64,000 bases of DNA, taken from Gemmatimonadales bacterium (GTDB lineage Bacteria > Gemmatimonadota > Gemmatimonadetes > Gemmatimonadales > GWC2-71-9). The DNA is taken from the NCBI GenBank assembly GCA_036262935.1, contig DATAHW010000025.1, forward strand, positions 17,094 to 81,093, in the 5' to 3' direction. Positions 34,315-44,857 of this stretch are shown one piece after another (positions within the stretch are counted from its first letter, which is position 1; every line of letters begins with the position of its first letter). A model generated the notes under the pieces. It worked only from the letters and a program-made list of their open reading frames with translations. It was not told the DNA's origin and did not search any database. Made by a program: the position numbers and the translations under genes.

Positions 34315-34866
34315 TTACCCGCGGGTCTTGCCGGCGGAGCCTTCCTCTTCGGGATCACGACCGAGAGACGGCCGCTTGGTGCCGGCGCTCACCGAGTCCG
34401 AGGTCTTTCCTGCCGACGCCCGGACCGGAATCTCGCGGGGGCGCGCCTGCTCCGACTTGGGAATGAGCACCGTAAGGATGCCGTCACCAGAGTGCGCCTC
34501 GATCCGCTCGGGATCAACGGTGTTGGGAAGCACGAACGTGCGCTCGAAGGTGCCGTAGGTCCGCTCGTAGCGGTGCACCCGCTCGTTGTTCTCCTCCGCC
34601 TGCTGCTGCTTCTCGCCCCTGATGGTCAAGAGGTTGTTCTCCAGCGAGATCTTCACGTCTTCCGGCCGGACACCAGGGATTTCGGCCACGATCTTTACCG
34701 CGTCCTTGTCTTCGAAGACGTCGCACGCGGGGAGCCAGGAGGAGGTCAGCGTGCCGTTTTCCTGATTCTGGAACGGCCAGGCGCTGAACGCCTCGTCGAG
34801 GACGGAATTGAGGCGCCGCAGACTGGTCATGGGATCCAGCGAGCGCCGGGCGGGGGTCAAGTACAT
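34315..34866 (-). CDS. Hsp20/alpha-crystallin small heat-shock protein
   Basis: GGAGG lies 6 nt before the ATG at 34866. PACDVFEDKDAVKIVAEIPGVRPEDVKISLENNLLTIRGEK ... GTFERTFVLP ... GILTVLIPK. Confidence 0.9.
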   Translation of the reverse strand: MYLTPARRSLDPMTSLRRLNSVLDEAFSAWPFQNQENGTLTSSWLPACDVFEDKDAVKIVAEIPGVRPEDVKISLENNLLTIRGEKQQQAEENNERVHRYERTYGTFERTFVLPNTVDPERIEAHSGDGILTVLIPKSEQARPREIPVRASAGKTSDSVSAGTKRPSLGRDPEEEGSAGKTRG

Positions 34867-35060
34867 GGATTGCCTCCACACGACATTGGGTGTTCGGTTC
34901 AGGCGCGCCGGCACGCTGCCGGCGGCCTCGCGGGTCGCTAGGTAGCAGCAGGCGTGCCGGCAGGCCGGCTCCATTTCGGTCAGAACGGCGGACTGGAAAG
35001 CACGGGAAGGCAGACGAGGAACACAGGGTCTGCACGAATGACCGGCTGCTCGGGACTGGG

Positions 35061-35576
35061 TTACTGGGCCTGTTTCCCGGGAGCCTTCATCCGTTGCTGA
35101 TACAGGTCGATCAGGCGCCGGACCTGACTTGTGACCTGCTGGAGCTCGGGGCGATCGAGCTTGTCGGCCACGCCGCCCGCCCCACCGCCGAGCTGACGGG
35201 CGATCGAATCCGACAGCGCGTGAAATGCGCCAGTGTCGGCCTCGCCCGCCCGGGTGAAGTCGGCGCGCATGGCCGCCTCCAGCGAGCTGACGCCGGTGCG
35301 GAGCGCCGTCAGGTTCCCTTCGCTGGACGCCTTGCCCGGCTGGGCGGCCGCATCGAGCGTCACCAGCATCGCCGGAATGCGGGGCGGCGCCTGGAGGGCG
35401 GCGCCCGTGTTGGTCCCCTCGAGCCGCGAGTTCCGGGCGGCTGTATCGGAGCCGGTGCTGTAGGGAGAGGCCGTCCGAGTACCCCCGGCGGGCTGACCGC
35501 TGCCGGCCGGCTTGTCGGCTGTGCGGCAACCCGCCGTCAGCGTAAGGCCCAGCAAAATCAGCGACGCTCGATGCAT
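35061..35576 (-). CDS. Lipoprotein, hypothetical
   Basis: MHRASLILLGLTLTAGC has a lipobox. 171 aa. No family recognised. Confidence 0.6.
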   Translation of the reverse strand: MHRASLILLGLTLTAGCRTADKPAGSGQPAGGTRTASPYSTGSDTAARNSRLEGTNTGAALQAPPRIPAMLVTLDAAAQPGKASSEGNLTALRTGVSSLEAAMRADFTRAGEADTGAFHALSDSIARQLGGGAGGVADKLDRPELQQVTSQVRRLIDLYQQRMKAPGKQAQ

Positions 35577-35665
35577 GTTGCGCTCCTCGGTCCGGGAAAG
35601 CGGCCCGGAGCCCAATCAAGGAGCGCGCGAGGCGGCGGGCGGTGTCGCGGCTCACCGCGGGAGGC

Positions 35666-36742
35666 CTACCTCCGAAAGAATCTCGCGAACACGCCGGTCG
35701 CCAGCACGCCGTCGAATGCATGCGCCAGCTCGTCCATGGACTGGAACCGTTCGGCGGGGTCGATGGCCAGACAACGCACAATGATGGCTTCGAGCCGGGC
35801 CGGCAGCTCGGCGCGGACGTCGCGCAGCTTGGCGGGGGACCCGCGCAGCCGAGCGATCATGGTCTCCTGGGCGGACTTCCCGGCAAACGGGAGCTGCCCC
35901 GTGAACAGCTCGAAGGCCAGAATGCCGACCGCGTACACGTCGCTCCGGCCGTCGAGCGGCTTGCCCCGGATCTGCTCCGGGCTCATGAACTCAGGGGTCC
36001 CCAGGACGATGCCCGTGGCCGTCAGCTTGGCCACCTCAGGAGTGGTCCGCCGCTCCTTGGCGAGTCCGAAGTCCATCACCACCGCCCGGTATCGCGGCTC
36101 GCCCCCTTCGCTGGTGCCGTCGGGCACCAGCATCACGTTCTCCGGCTTGAGATCGCGGTGGGTGATCTGGAGCTCGTGCGCGTGCTGGAGTCCCTGGCAC
36201 ATCTGCACCAGCAGCGGAATCCCGTCGGCCGCTGAGAGCGGTCCCCGCCGGGCCTCGTGCTCGCTCAGCGGCTCTCCCTCGAGGTAAGGCATGACCAGGT
36301 AGATCAGACCGTCCGCCTCGCCCATGCGAAGAATGGGGCAGACATTCGGGTGGTCGAGCCGGGTGGCGATGGTGGCCTCCCGCCGGAGCCGCTCGACCGC
36401 CGCCGGGTCCCGGGACAGCCGGGGGAGGAGGATCTTGACCGCCACCATCGCCCCGGTGCCGACATCCTGCGCCCGGTACACGTACGACATCCCGCCCTCA
36501 CCCAGCCGGCGCCCCACCTGGTACCGGCCATCGAGCAACTTTCCGCTCAGCGTGGCGAACCGGTCAAGCTCCTCGGGGGTGACCGTCACCTCATCCACCA
36601 GCACGCCGGGGGCCCGGACACTCGGCGGCGGCGCAAACGCGGCGGAGGGCTCGACATCCACCAGCGGGGAGCCATCCTTGACGCAGTACCGCGCGGGCGC
36701 CGGGTAGGACGCCTGGCAGCGGGGACAGCGCCGCGTGCTCAA
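35666..36742 (-). CDS. Ser/Thr protein kinase with N-terminal zinc ribbon
   Basis: CPRCQASYPAPARYCVKDG. Kinase motifs VAVKIL, HRDLKPENVML, DFGLAK and GTPEFMSPEQ. The TTG start overlaps the upstream stop (TTGA). Confidence 0.9.
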   Translation of the reverse strand: MSTRRCPRCQASYPAPARYCVKDGSPLVDVEPSAAFAPPPSVRAPGVLVDEVTVTPEELDRFATLSGKLLDGRYQVGRRLGEGGMSYVYRAQDVGTGAMVAVKILLPRLSRDPAAVERLRREATIATRLDHPNVCPILRMGEADGLIYLVMPYLEGEPLSEHEARRGPLSAADGIPLLVQMCQGLQHAHELQITHRDLKPENVMLVPDGTSEGGEPRYRAVVMDFGLAKERRTTPEVAKLTATGIVLGTPEFMSPEQIRGKPLDGRSDVYAVGILAFELFTGQLPFAGKSAQETMIARLRGSPAKLRDVRAELPARLEAIIVRCLAIDPAERFQSMDELAHAFDGVLATGVFARFFRR

Positions 36743-38169
36743 TCGCGGAACCGGTTGCGGCCGTCGCTCTTGGCGCGATAGAGATGACTGTCGGCCAGGC
36801 GGAGGAGCGATTCGCCGTCGGCGACCCGCTCATCGGGATAGGAGGCAATGCCGACGCTGATCGTCACCCGCACCGGCTTGCCGGGCTCCCCGAAGTCGTG
36901 CGTCGCGACCCGGCGCAGGAGGCGCTCGGCGAAGTTGCGCGACTCGGCCGAGGTGGTCTCCGGCAGCAGAACCACGAACTCCTCCCCGCCGTAGCGGGCG
37001 ACGATGTCCACCGAGCGCTGCTCCCGCTTGAGCAGGCTGGAGAGCTGCTTGAGTACCCGGTCGCCGACCAAGTGGCCGTGGGTATCGTTGATCTGCTTGA
37101 AGTTGTCGATGTCCACCATCATGCCGGTGAGCATCGTGGCATAGCGGGCGGCGCGATCCATCTCCTGCTCGAGCTTCTCCATCAGCGCCCGGCGGTTGAA
37201 GCAGTTGGTGAGTGGATCGGTCTCCGCCAGGTGACGCATCTGCTCCTGGCCCATGACCGCGTGCTCGAGGTCGTAGGCCTTCTCGAGCGCGGCCACGGCG
37301 GCCGCGATCACCTGCTCGGCGAACCGGACATCGTGCTCGCTGAGCGGCGCGGTGTCGCTCGTGGTTCGAAGGAAGAACACGCCCGCCGGCTGCCCCCGGA
37401 GCGAGAACCGGAGCGCGATGGCCGAGCGCGTCTGCACCGGTCCCTCGCCGTTGCTCCAACCCGCCCGCACCTCCTCGTACAGCGGGTCCGTCGCCGCATC
37501 ACGCACCAGGACGACCTCGCCGGTGGCGAGGGCGCGCCGGATCTCCGGGTACTTTCGGAGGTCCATCGGCAGATTCCGCAGCGCCGGGTTCTCGAAAGCC
37601 GCGACGACCGTGCCGGTCTCGTCCTCCGGCCCCGCGATGATGATCGAGCAGCGGGAGAGGTCGAGCCCGTGCGCCACGCGGCGGACGAGGATCTGGTAGA
37701 TCTCCTCGGGCCGGAGGGATGCGGTGACCTCCTGCATGATCTCGATCATCTCCGAGCGCGATCGCGCCTCCTCGCGGACCTCGGTGATCTCGCGGCGCAC
37801 GCGAAGGTGCGCCTTGACGCGCGCCAGCAACTCGCGCACCCGGAACGGCTTGGGAATGAAGTCCGCGGCGCCGAGCCCGAGGGAGCGTACGGTGGCCTCC
37901 TCGGGCGGCATCGAGGAGATCATGAGCACGGGCAGGTCCTTGTACCTGGGGTCGGCCTTCACCCGCTGCAGCAATTGCAGCCCGTCGATCTTGGGCATCA
38001 TGATGTCGAGCAGGAGCAGGTCGAACGGCTCCGCCTGAAGATGGTCGAAGAGGTGCTCGCCACCCGGCACGGTGACCACCTCGTAGCCGTTCTCCTTGAG
38101 GATCCATGACAGCGTACGGGAGAGGGCCTGATCGTCATCCGCGACCAGGATCTTCGGGGCGAGCGTCAT
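36739..38169 (-). CDS. Response regulator REC-GAF-GGDEF (diguanylate cyclase)
   Basis: ILVADDDQAL ... DLLLLDIMMPKIDG. A GAF-like middle region. RYGGEEFVVLL active site with DNFKQINDTHGH. Confidence 0.9.
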   Translation of the reverse strand: MTLAPKILVADDDQALSRTLSWILKENGYEVVTVPGGEHLFDHLQAEPFDLLLLDIMMPKIDGLQLLQRVKADPRYKDLPVLMISSMPPEEATVRSLGLGAADFIPKPFRVRELLARVKAHLRVRREITEVREEARSRSEMIEIMQEVTASLRPEEIYQILVRRVAHGLDLSRCSIIIAGPEDETGTVVAAFENPALRNLPMDLRKYPEIRRALATGEVVLVRDAATDPLYEEVRAGWSNGEGPVQTRSAIALRFSLRGQPAGVFFLRTTSDTAPLSEHDVRFAEQVIAAAVAALEKAYDLEHAVMGQEQMRHLAETDPLTNCFNRRALMEKLEQEMDRAARYATMLTGMMVDIDNFKQINDTHGHLVGDRVLKQLSSLLKREQRSVDIVARYGGEEFVVLLPETTSAESRNFAERLLRRVATHDFGEPGKPVRVTISVGIASYPDERVADGESLLRLADSHLYRAKSDGRNRFRD

Positions 38170-39200
38170 TCGGCGACCAGCCGTTGATAGAGGTCGGGAT
38201 CCACGTTGCCGCCGCTCAGGACCGCGACCGTGGGTCCGGCCGGTTGCACGCGGCCGGCGAGCAGCGCGGCCACCGCCACCGCTCCGGAGGGCTCGGCCCG
38301 GAGGCCGCTATGGAGGTGGAGATAGCGGACGGCGGCGGCGATCTCCTCCTCCTCCACCGTGACGGCTTCCCGCACGACCTGGCGCAGTATGTCGAACGTG
38401 AGGTTGCCGACCGATGGGGCCAGGAGACCATCGGCGATGCTCTCGGTGTGGTCCAGGGTCCGGGGCGCGCCCGCGGCGAGCGCGGCGGTGAGCTTGGCAG
38501 CTCCGGCCGGTTCGACGCCCACCACGCGCACCGCGGGGGCCAGCGCCGCCACGGCCACCGAGATTCCGGCGATGAGCCCCCCGCCGCTGACCGGCACCAG
38601 GATAGTACCGACGTCGGGCCGCTGCTCCAGGATCTCGAGGCCGCAGGTGCCCTGCCCCGCGATGACGTCGGGGTGATCATACGGCGGGATCATGGCGAGG
38701 TCCTGCTCCCGCGCGATCGCCTCGGCGCGAAGCCGCTGCTCTCCCGAGCGGGTGGCGCCGGCGAACACGACCTCGCCGCCGTGTCCGCGGACGCCCTCGA
38801 CTTTGACCGCCGGCGTCGAGGCGGGCATTACGACGACCGCTTGGAGCCCGAACCGCCGAGCCGCGAACGCCACCGCCTGCCCGTGGTTCCCGCTGGACTG
38901 GGTCACCATCCCGCGGGCGCCTGCCGCCGCCGCGCGCGCGACCGCATTGTAGGCGCCGCGGATCTTGAAGGCGCCGACGGGCTGGAGCAGTTCGCACTTG
39001 AGGAGGACGGGGGCGCCGACCCGGGCGGCCAGATCCGGGAGCTCGAGCAGCGGCGTGCGGGCCGCCACGCCCTCGAGCACGCGGGCCGCCGCCCGGAGCG
39101 ACTCGAGCGTGACGGCGGCGGTGCTGTCGGCGGTCAGCGGCATAGGGACGTCCTGCTGAATGCGGGGGAGCGCGGTCGGCAAGCCCCCGGGTCCGATCAA
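38166..39200 (-). CDS. Threonine/serine dehydratase (PLP, no ACT regulatory domain)
   Basis: [19 protein letters not shown] (PLP Lys), [21 protein letters not shown] at 39200 overlaps the gyrA stop (TTGA). ATG at 39143 is an alternative start. Confidence 0.85.
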   Translation of the reverse strand: MIGPGGLPTALPRIQQDVPMPLTADSTAAVTLESLRAAARVLEGVAARTPLLELPDLAARVGAPVLLKCELLQPVGAFKIRGAYNAVARAAAAGARGMVTQSSGNHGQAVAFAARRFGLQAVVVMPASTPAVKVEGVRGHGGEVVFAGATRSGEQRLRAEAIAREQDLAMIPPYDHPDVIAGQGTCGLEILEQRPDVGTILVPVSGGGLIAGISVAVAALAPAVRVVGVEPAGAAKLTAALAAGAPRTLDHTESIADGLLAPSVGNLTFDILRQVVREAVTVEEEEIAAAVRYLHLHSGLRAEPSGAVAVAALLAGRVQPAGPTVAVLSGGNVDPDLYQRLVAE

Positions 39201-41695
39201 TCGCCGGCAGCGGCGGTAGGCGTGGCCTCGTCGTCTCCCGCGACCTCCTCCGCCCCCGCTTCGTCTTCCTTGACCACCCGCGCCACGTCCACGACCGCAT
39301 CGCCGGCATCGAGGTTCATGACCTTCACGCCCTGCGTGTTCCGTCCGATGACGCGGATTCCGTCCACCGGAAGGCGAATGATCACACCGTGCCGGGTGAT
39401 CATCATCAGCTCATCCTCGGGGATGACCTCCTTGAGCGCCACGATGGAGCCGGTCTTGTCGGTCTTCCGGAGGGTGATAATGCCCTTCCCGCCGCGCTTC
39501 TGCACCCGGTAGTCGGACAGCTCGGAGCGCTTGCCGAACCCCTTCTCGCTCACGACCAGCAGGGTAGCATCACGCCGGACGACGACCATGCCGATCACCG
39601 CGTCGCCCTGCTCGAGCTCGATTCCCTTGACGCCCGTGGTGGCGCGCCCCATCTCGCGGACGTCGCCCTGGTGAAAGCGGATGCTCATGCCGTCCTTGGT
39701 CGCCAGTACGATGTCGCTGTTCTGGTCGCACACCTGGACGTCGATCAGCTCGTCACCCTTGTCGATATTGATGGCGCAGAGCCCGTTGGCCCGCACGTTC
39801 CCGTAGGCCGAGAGCAGCGTCTTCTTCACCGTCCCCTGCCGGGTAGCGAAGATGAGGCACTTGTCGTCGGCGAACTCCCGGACCGGGACCAGCGCGGCGA
39901 TCTGCTCGTTGGGCTTGATGGCGATGCAGTTGACCACCGGTTTTCCCCGGGCCGAGCGGCTGGCCTGCGGGATCTCGTGCACCTTGAGCCAGTAGAGCTG
40001 TCCCGCGTTGGTGAAGAACAGCAGGTAGTCGTGCGTGCTCGCGATGAAGAGGTGCTCGACCCAGTCGTCGGCCTTGAGGTCCTGCCCGTTGAGTCCCCGG
40101 CCGCCGCGGCGCTGGCGCTTGTAGGTGGTGATCGGGATCCGCTTGATGTAGCCGGTGTGGGAGATGGTGATGACCATGTCCTCTTCGGCGATCAGATCCT
40201 CGACCGTGAACTCGCCCTGGTCGGCCACGATCTCGGTGCGGCGCTCGTCGCCGAACTGGTCGACGATCTCGCGCATCTCCTGCTTGAGAATCGCCATCCG
40301 CCTGGGCTTCGAGGCCAGGATTCCCTTCAGCTCCTTGATCGTCGCCCTCACCTCCTTGAGCTCGGCCTCCAGCTTGTCGATCTCCAGCCCGGTGAGCTTG
40401 GCCAGCCGCATGTTGAGGATGGCGTCGGTCTGCTTCTCGCTCAGCCCGAAGCGCTTGCGCAGTCGCGCGTCGGCCTGGGGCGTATCGGCCGAGCCCCGGA
40501 TGATCTTGATGACCTCGTCGATATTGTCGACGGCGATCTTGAGTCCCTCGAGGATGTGCTCTCGGGCCTCCGCCGCGGCCAGATCGAACTGCGTCCGCCG
40601 GACGATGATCTCGTGCCGGTGCTCGATGTAGCGCTCCAGCAACTCCTTCAGATTCATGATCCTGGGGGCGCCGTGGTCGAGCGCCAGCATGATCACGCCG
40701 AAGGTGGACTGCATGGCCGTGTGCTTGTAGAGCTGGTTGAGCACCACGTTGGGAATGGCGTCGCGCTTCAGCTCGATGACGATCCGCATGCCCTCCTTGT
40801 CGGACTCGTCATTGACCCCGCTGATCCCGTCGATCCGCTTGTCGCTCGCCAGCTCAGCGATCGCCTTGACCAGGTTCTCCTTGTTGACCTGATAGGGAAT
40901 CTCGGTGACCACGATCTGGGAGCGGCCCGAGGATTCCTTCTCCTCGATCTGGGCACGGGCGCGCATGATGACGCGGCCCCGGCCGGTCTCGTACGCCTCC
41001 TTAATGCCCTGACGGCCATAGATGTACGCGCCGGTGGGGAAATCGGGCCCCTTGACGACCTTGCGGAGGTCGGCGATGCCGGCCTCGGGGTTGTCGATCA
41101 GCAGCTCGATCGCCTTCGCCACCTCGCGCAGGTTGTGGGGCGGGATGTTGGTGGCCATCCCAACGGCGATGCCGGACGAGCCGTTGACCAGCAGGTTGGG
41201 AATCCGCGCGGGCAGAACGGTCGGCTCCTGGAGCCGGTCGTCGAAGTTGGGCTGAAAGTTGACGGTATTCTTGTCGATGTCCTCCAGCATGGCGATCGCG
41301 GCACGGGTGAGGCGCGACTCGGTGTAGCGGTAGGCCGCCGCCGGATCGCCATCCACCGAGCCGAAGTTCCCCTGGCCATCCACCAGCGGGTACCGCAGCG
41401 AGAATTCCTGGACCATGCGGACCAGCGCGTCGTAGACCGACTGGTCGCCGTGCGGGTGGTACTTGCCGAGCACGTCGCCCACCACCGTCGCCGACTTCTT
41501 GTAGGGCCGACCGGGGACCAGGCCCAGCTCGTTCATCGCGTACAGGATGCGGCGGTGCACCGGCTTGAGCCCGTCGCGGACGTCCGGCAGCGCGCGGGAG
41601 ACGATGACGCTCATCGAGTAGTTGATGAACGACTGCTGCATCTCGTCGACGATGAGGCGGGGCAGGATTCGTTCGCGCGAGTTCGGTGCGGTCAT
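39197..41695 (-). CDS. gyrA: DNA gyrase subunit A
   Basis: [31 protein letters not shown] ... AAYRYTE (catalytic Tyr region) ... C-terminal beta-pinwheel repeats. An upstream ATG at 41719 is also possible. Confidence 0.97.
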   Translation of the reverse strand: MTAPNSRERILPRLIVDEMQQSFINYSMSVIVSRALPDVRDGLKPVHRRILYAMNELGLVPGRPYKKSATVVGDVLGKYHPHGDQSVYDALVRMVQEFSLRYPLVDGQGNFGSVDGDPAAAYRYTESRLTRAAIAMLEDIDKNTVNFQPNFDDRLQEPTVLPARIPNLLVNGSSGIAVGMATNIPPHNLREVAKAIELLIDNPEAGIADLRKVVKGPDFPTGAYIYGRQGIKEAYETGRGRVIMRARAQIEEKESSGRSQIVVTEIPYQVNKENLVKAIAELASDKRIDGISGVNDESDKEGMRIVIELKRDAIPNVVLNQLYKHTAMQSTFGVIMLALDHGAPRIMNLKELLERYIEHRHEIIVRRTQFDLAAAEAREHILEGLKIAVDNIDEVIKIIRGSADTPQADARLRKRFGLSEKQTDAILNMRLAKLTGLEIDKLEAELKEVRATIKELKGILASKPRRMAILKQEMREIVDQFGDERRTEIVADQGEFTVEDLIAEEDMVITISHTGYIKRIPITTYKRQRRGGRGLNGQDLKADDWVEHLFIASTHDYLLFFTNAGQLYWLKVHEIPQASRSARGKPVVNCIAIKPNEQIAALVPVREFADDKCLIFATRQGTVKKTLLSAYGNVRANGLCAINIDKGDELIDVQVCDQNSDIVLATKDGMSIRFHQGDVREMGRATTGVKGIELEQGDAVIGMVVVRRDATLLVVSEKGFGKRSELSDYRVQKRGGKGIITLRKTDKTGSIVALKEVIPEDELMMITRHGVIIRLPVDGIRVIGRNTQGVKVMNLDAGDAVVDVARVVKEDEAGAEEVAGDDEATPTAAAGD

Positions 41696-41818
41696 GGCGT
41701 TCGCTTGCTGGGGAAACACGGCAAACCCGGTGGGAGAGCCGAGACCCCCAAATATACCCCGGAGCCGGGGTCGGGCGCAACGCCCCGCAGTTAGCGGAAG
41801 TTCGCGGCGGGCAAGAGC

Positions 41819-41992
41819 TTATGAGCCCGATGGGAGCCGGAGTTGCGCTGATGGACGGCGCTGCAGCAGCACCGTCCCCGCGCCGGGTGCCAGCACCGGT
41901 TGGCCCGCCGGCTCGATCACCTGGCCGATCGGCCGCCCGCGGTCGAGCACCACGTAGACCATCGGGGTCTCCCCTGCCGCCAGTCGTACCAT
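41819..41992 (-). CDS. 57-aa hypothetical protein upstream of gyrA
   Basis: AGGAAAGGATGGG precedes the ATG. The product is MVRLAAGETPMVYVVLDRGRPIGQVIEPAGQPVLAPGAGTVLLQRRPSAQLRLPSGS. Third codon positions are mostly G/C. TAA stop. Confidence 0.3.
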   Translation of the reverse strand: MVRLAAGETPMVYVVLDRGRPIGQVIEPAGQPVLAPGAGTVLLQRRPSAQLRLPSGS

Positions 41993-42096
41993 TTGATCCC
42001 ATCCTTTCCTGAGCTGAAGCAACCTTCGGCCCCTTCGCGTACGAGTGAGATGCCGCCAGATGGCCGAGAGTTGCGCGCGGCAATGAGGCGCGTCGC

Positions 42097-42125
42097 GCAA
42101 CCGTTTCGGCCGGGCCGGTGTCAGA
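42097..42125 (+). promoter_or_regulatory. ECF-type promoter candidate (GCAACC-N17-GTCAGA)
   Basis: Resembles the GAAC-N16/17-GTC pattern of autoregulated ECF promoters. It lies directly upstream of the sigma gene. If real, translation more likely starts at GTG 42165. Confidence 0.3.
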
Positions 42126-42698
42126 GTGCCGGTTCGCAGCATTGACCCTCACGCGCCGGAGCCTGTGGACGACCGCGAACTGATCGGCCGAGTGCTGGCA
42201 GGCGACCCGGGCGCCGAGCGTGCGTTGTACGACGCGCACGTGGACCGCGTCTTCCGGCTGGTGTACCGCATGACCGATGATCTGCATCGCGCCCAGGACT
42301 ACACCCAGGAAGCCTTCATACGGGGCTTCCGCCGTCTCGCCGATTTCCGGGGCGACAGCGCGCTCTCGACCTGGCTGTGCGCCATCGCGGTGTCGGTGAC
42401 CCTGAACGGTCTTCGCTCGCTCCGTCGGGCGAGGGAGCGGGAGATCGGGCTGGACGAAGCGCCCGGGCTGGGCGTCCAGCGGCTCGATGCGGACCCGGAC
42501 TTGAAGTCGCGGCTCGCGAGCGCGGTTGATGGGCTGCCGGAGGGCTACCGCACGGTGTTCGTGATGCACGACGTCGAGGGGTATACCCACGAGGAGATCG
42601 CGGCGAGCCTCGGCGTTCAGCCGGGAACATCGAAGGCGCAGCTCTCCCGTGCGCGCGCGCGGCTGCGCGTGGCGCTCGCCGATTTCGCCAGGGACTAG
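42126..42698 (+). CDS. ECF RNA polymerase sigma factor
   Basis: LIGRVLAGDPGAERALYDAHVDRVFRLVYRM ... AQDYTQEAFIRGF (region 2) ... FVMHDVEGYTHEEIAASLGVQPGTSKAQLSRARARLR (region 4). The start is GTG 42126 or GTG 42165. Confidence 0.9.
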   Translation: MPVRSIDPHAPEPVDDRELIGRVLAGDPGAERALYDAHVDRVFRLVYRMTDDLHRAQDYTQEAFIRGFRRLADFRGDSALSTWLCAIAVSVTLNGLRSLRRAREREIGLDEAPGLGVQRLDADPDLKSRLASAVDGLPEGYRTVFVMHDVEGYTHEEIAASLGVQPGTSKAQLSRARARLRVALADFARD

Positions 42699-42703
42699 GA
42701 GCC

Positions 42704-43342
42704 ATGGACGACGATCACCTGGAGGAACCGCTGGGGGCCGCCGCGCGCGACTATCACGCGCCCCCGCCCACCCCGCGGGAGGCGATGTGGCAGGCGATCG
42801 AAGCCCGGCGTCGCGCCGAGCGCCCCGGGACGCCTGCGGCGCCGCGGTGGATTCCGTGGGCCGCGGCGGCCACGGTACTCCTCGCGGCCGGCGCCGCGCT
42901 CGGCCGGCTGTCCGCGCCGGGCACGCCAGCCGGGCACGCGAGGGCGCCGGCTGCCGCCGACGCCGATCCCGGCAGGCCGCGTGTGAACCAGACGGCGTAC
43001 CGGATCGCCACGATCGAGCACCTCGATCGGTCCGAGGCGTTCCTCACCATGGTGCGGGCGTCGCTTCGTTCCGGGGACCGCGAGCGGCTCGCCCCGGCCG
43101 CCGCGCGGCAGTTGCTCGCCACCAATCGGCTGCTGCTGGACTCGCCGGCTGCGCGGGACAGCCGAATGCGTCTCCTGCTGCAGGATCTGGAGCTGGTCCT
43201 GGCGGAGATCGCTCAGCTCCCGGCGGACGCGACGGCGAGCCAGCGTGAACTGATGGGCGAGGGGATCGAGCGGGGAGCGGTGCTCCCCAGACTCAGGACG
43301 GTCGTGCCCGCCGGCACGTCCTCAACGCGAGGTGACCTGTGA
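42704..43342 (+). CDS. Putative anti-sigma factor (single TM)
   Basis: Placed immediately after the ECF sigma gene. One TM helix (WIPWAAAATVLLAAGAALGRL). No zf-HC2 motif seen. Confidence 0.55.
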   Translation: MDDDHLEEPLGAAARDYHAPPPTPREAMWQAIEARRRAERPGTPAAPRWIPWAAAATVLLAAGAALGRLSAPGTPAGHARAPAAADADPGRPRVNQTAYRIATIEHLDRSEAFLTMVRASLRSGDRERLAPAAARQLLATNRLLLDSPAARDSRMRLLLQDLELVLAEIAQLPADATASQRELMGEGIERGAVLPRLRTVVPAGTSSTRGDL

Positions 43343-44781
43343 TCGATCGGATGGCTCTTGCTGTGGCGCTCGCAGGCGTGCTCGCCTTCGGTGGGGCGGT
43401 GCAGGACAGTTCCGCTGCCGGCCCGCCGGCGCCGGCGGGGGTCTGGCTTCAGGCCGATCCGGCCGATTCGCTCTATCGCGCGGCGCGCCAGGCGCTCGAC
43501 CGTCGCGATTACACCCATGCCGCCGAGCTCTTCGCGCGGGTGCCATCCCGCTTCCCGCAGTCCGCCTACGCCGGCGACGCCTACTACTGGAACGCCTTTG
43601 CACTATATCGCATCGGCGGAACGTCCCAGCTCCACGCCGCGCTCGACGCCCTGGCTGCTCAGCGTGAGAGCCACCCGAGAGCTGCCACCAGAGGCGACGC
43701 CCAGGCGCTCGAGCGGCGGATCGAGGGGGAGCTCGCCCGGCGCGGCGACCAGGACGCCGCCATCAGGGTAGCCCGGGCGGCCGAGGCGGCGGTGCCGCCG
43801 CCGCCGGTGCCGCCGGTGTCGCCGGTGCCGCCAGTGCCCCCATCCGCCCCGGCGGCTCCCGCAGCTCCAGGAGGGTCGCGGGCGCCCGGCGACGATCGTT
43901 GCGCCTCGGACGAGGACGATACCAGGCTCGCGGCGCTGAGCGCGCTGCAGCAGATGGATGACGCGCGCGCGCGCCCCATCCTCCGGCGCGTACTCGCGCG
44001 CCGCGATGCCGCGTCGGTGTGTCTCCGGCGGAAGGCCGCGTTCCTCATCGCTCAGGAGAGCGCCGAGGGGGCGGAAGCGATCCTGCTGGACGCGGCACGC
44101 AACGACCCGGACCGGGAGGTGCGGGAGCAAGCGGTGTTCTGGCTGTCACAGGTGGGAACGGACAACGCGGTGGGCGCACTTGACTCCATCGTCCGTAATT
44201 CCAGGGACGAGGCGCTGCGGGAGCGCGCGATTTTCGCGCTGTCCCAGCAGGCCGGCCCACGAGCGCAGCAGGCCATTCGCCGCTACGCCGAAGGCTCCGA
44301 TCAGTCGCCTGAGCTCCGCGCCAAGGCCATCTTCTGGATCGGGCAGAGCGGTGGCCCTGAGAATGACGCGTTCCTCCGCGCGCTGTTCGGCCGAGTGACG
44401 GACGACACCCTGCGGAACAAGGTGCTGTTCTCCATAGCCCAGGGAGGCGGTGCGGAGAACGCCCGCTTCCTGCTGAGTGTCGCCCGGGACGGCCGGCAGC
44501 CACTCGAGCTGCGGAAGCAGGCGCTCTTCTGGGCCGGCCAGGCCAACGCGCCGATTGCCGACCTCACCGCTCTCTACGCCTCCCTCACGGACCGCGCGCT
44601 GCGCGAGCAGCTCCTGTTCGTCTATTCGCAACGGGACGAGCCCGCCGCCGTGGACCGGCTGCTGGATATCGCCCGTCACGATCCCGACCGCGAGCTCAGG
44701 CAGAAAGCCCTGTACTGGCTTGGCCAGAGCGCTGATCCCCGCGCCGCCCAGGCATTGCAGGACATCATCGAGGAACCCTGA
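43339..44781 (+). CDS. Secreted TPR/HEAT-repeat protein
   Basis: Signal peptide MALAVALAGVLAFGGAVQ. Pro-rich linker PPPPVPPVSPVPPVPP. At least 6 repeats of the type PDREVREQAVFWLSQ / ELRKQALFWAGQ. 4-nt overlap with the anti-sigma gene. Confidence 0.75.
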   Translation: MIDRMALAVALAGVLAFGGAVQDSSAAGPPAPAGVWLQADPADSLYRAARQALDRRDYTHAAELFARVPSRFPQSAYAGDAYYWNAFALYRIGGTSQLHAALDALAAQRESHPRAATRGDAQALERRIEGELARRGDQDAAIRVARAAEAAVPPPPVPPVSPVPPVPPSAPAAPAAPGGSRAPGDDRCASDEDDTRLAALSALQQMDDARARPILRRVLARRDAASVCLRRKAAFLIAQESAEGAEAILLDAARNDPDREVREQAVFWLSQVGTDNAVGALDSIVRNSRDEALRERAIFALSQQAGPRAQQAIRRYAEGSDQSPELRAKAIFWIGQSGGPENDAFLRALFGRVTDDTLRNKVLFSIAQGGGAENARFLLSVARDGRQPLELRKQALFWAGQANAPIADLTALYASLTDRALREQLLFVYSQRDEPAAVDRLLDIARHDPDRELRQKALYWLGQSADPRAAQALQDIIEEP

Positions 44782-44857
44782 GAGGCGCGGCCCCCGCTCG
44801 GCAACCCAGTCCGCCGGCTTCGCCCGGTCTCCCAACCCACCCCATTACATTCCCGGC

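Noticed and set aside
43791-43860. Short-period GC repeats (GTGCCGCCG-type). A similar repeat, CAGGCG/CAGGCC, lies at about 62809-62840. Both were checked as possible CRISPR or VNTR elements.
   Set aside because: Both lie inside coding frames, where they encode a PPVPPVSPVPPVPP linker and a QAQAQAQAQ stretch. There is no spacer-repeat architecture.
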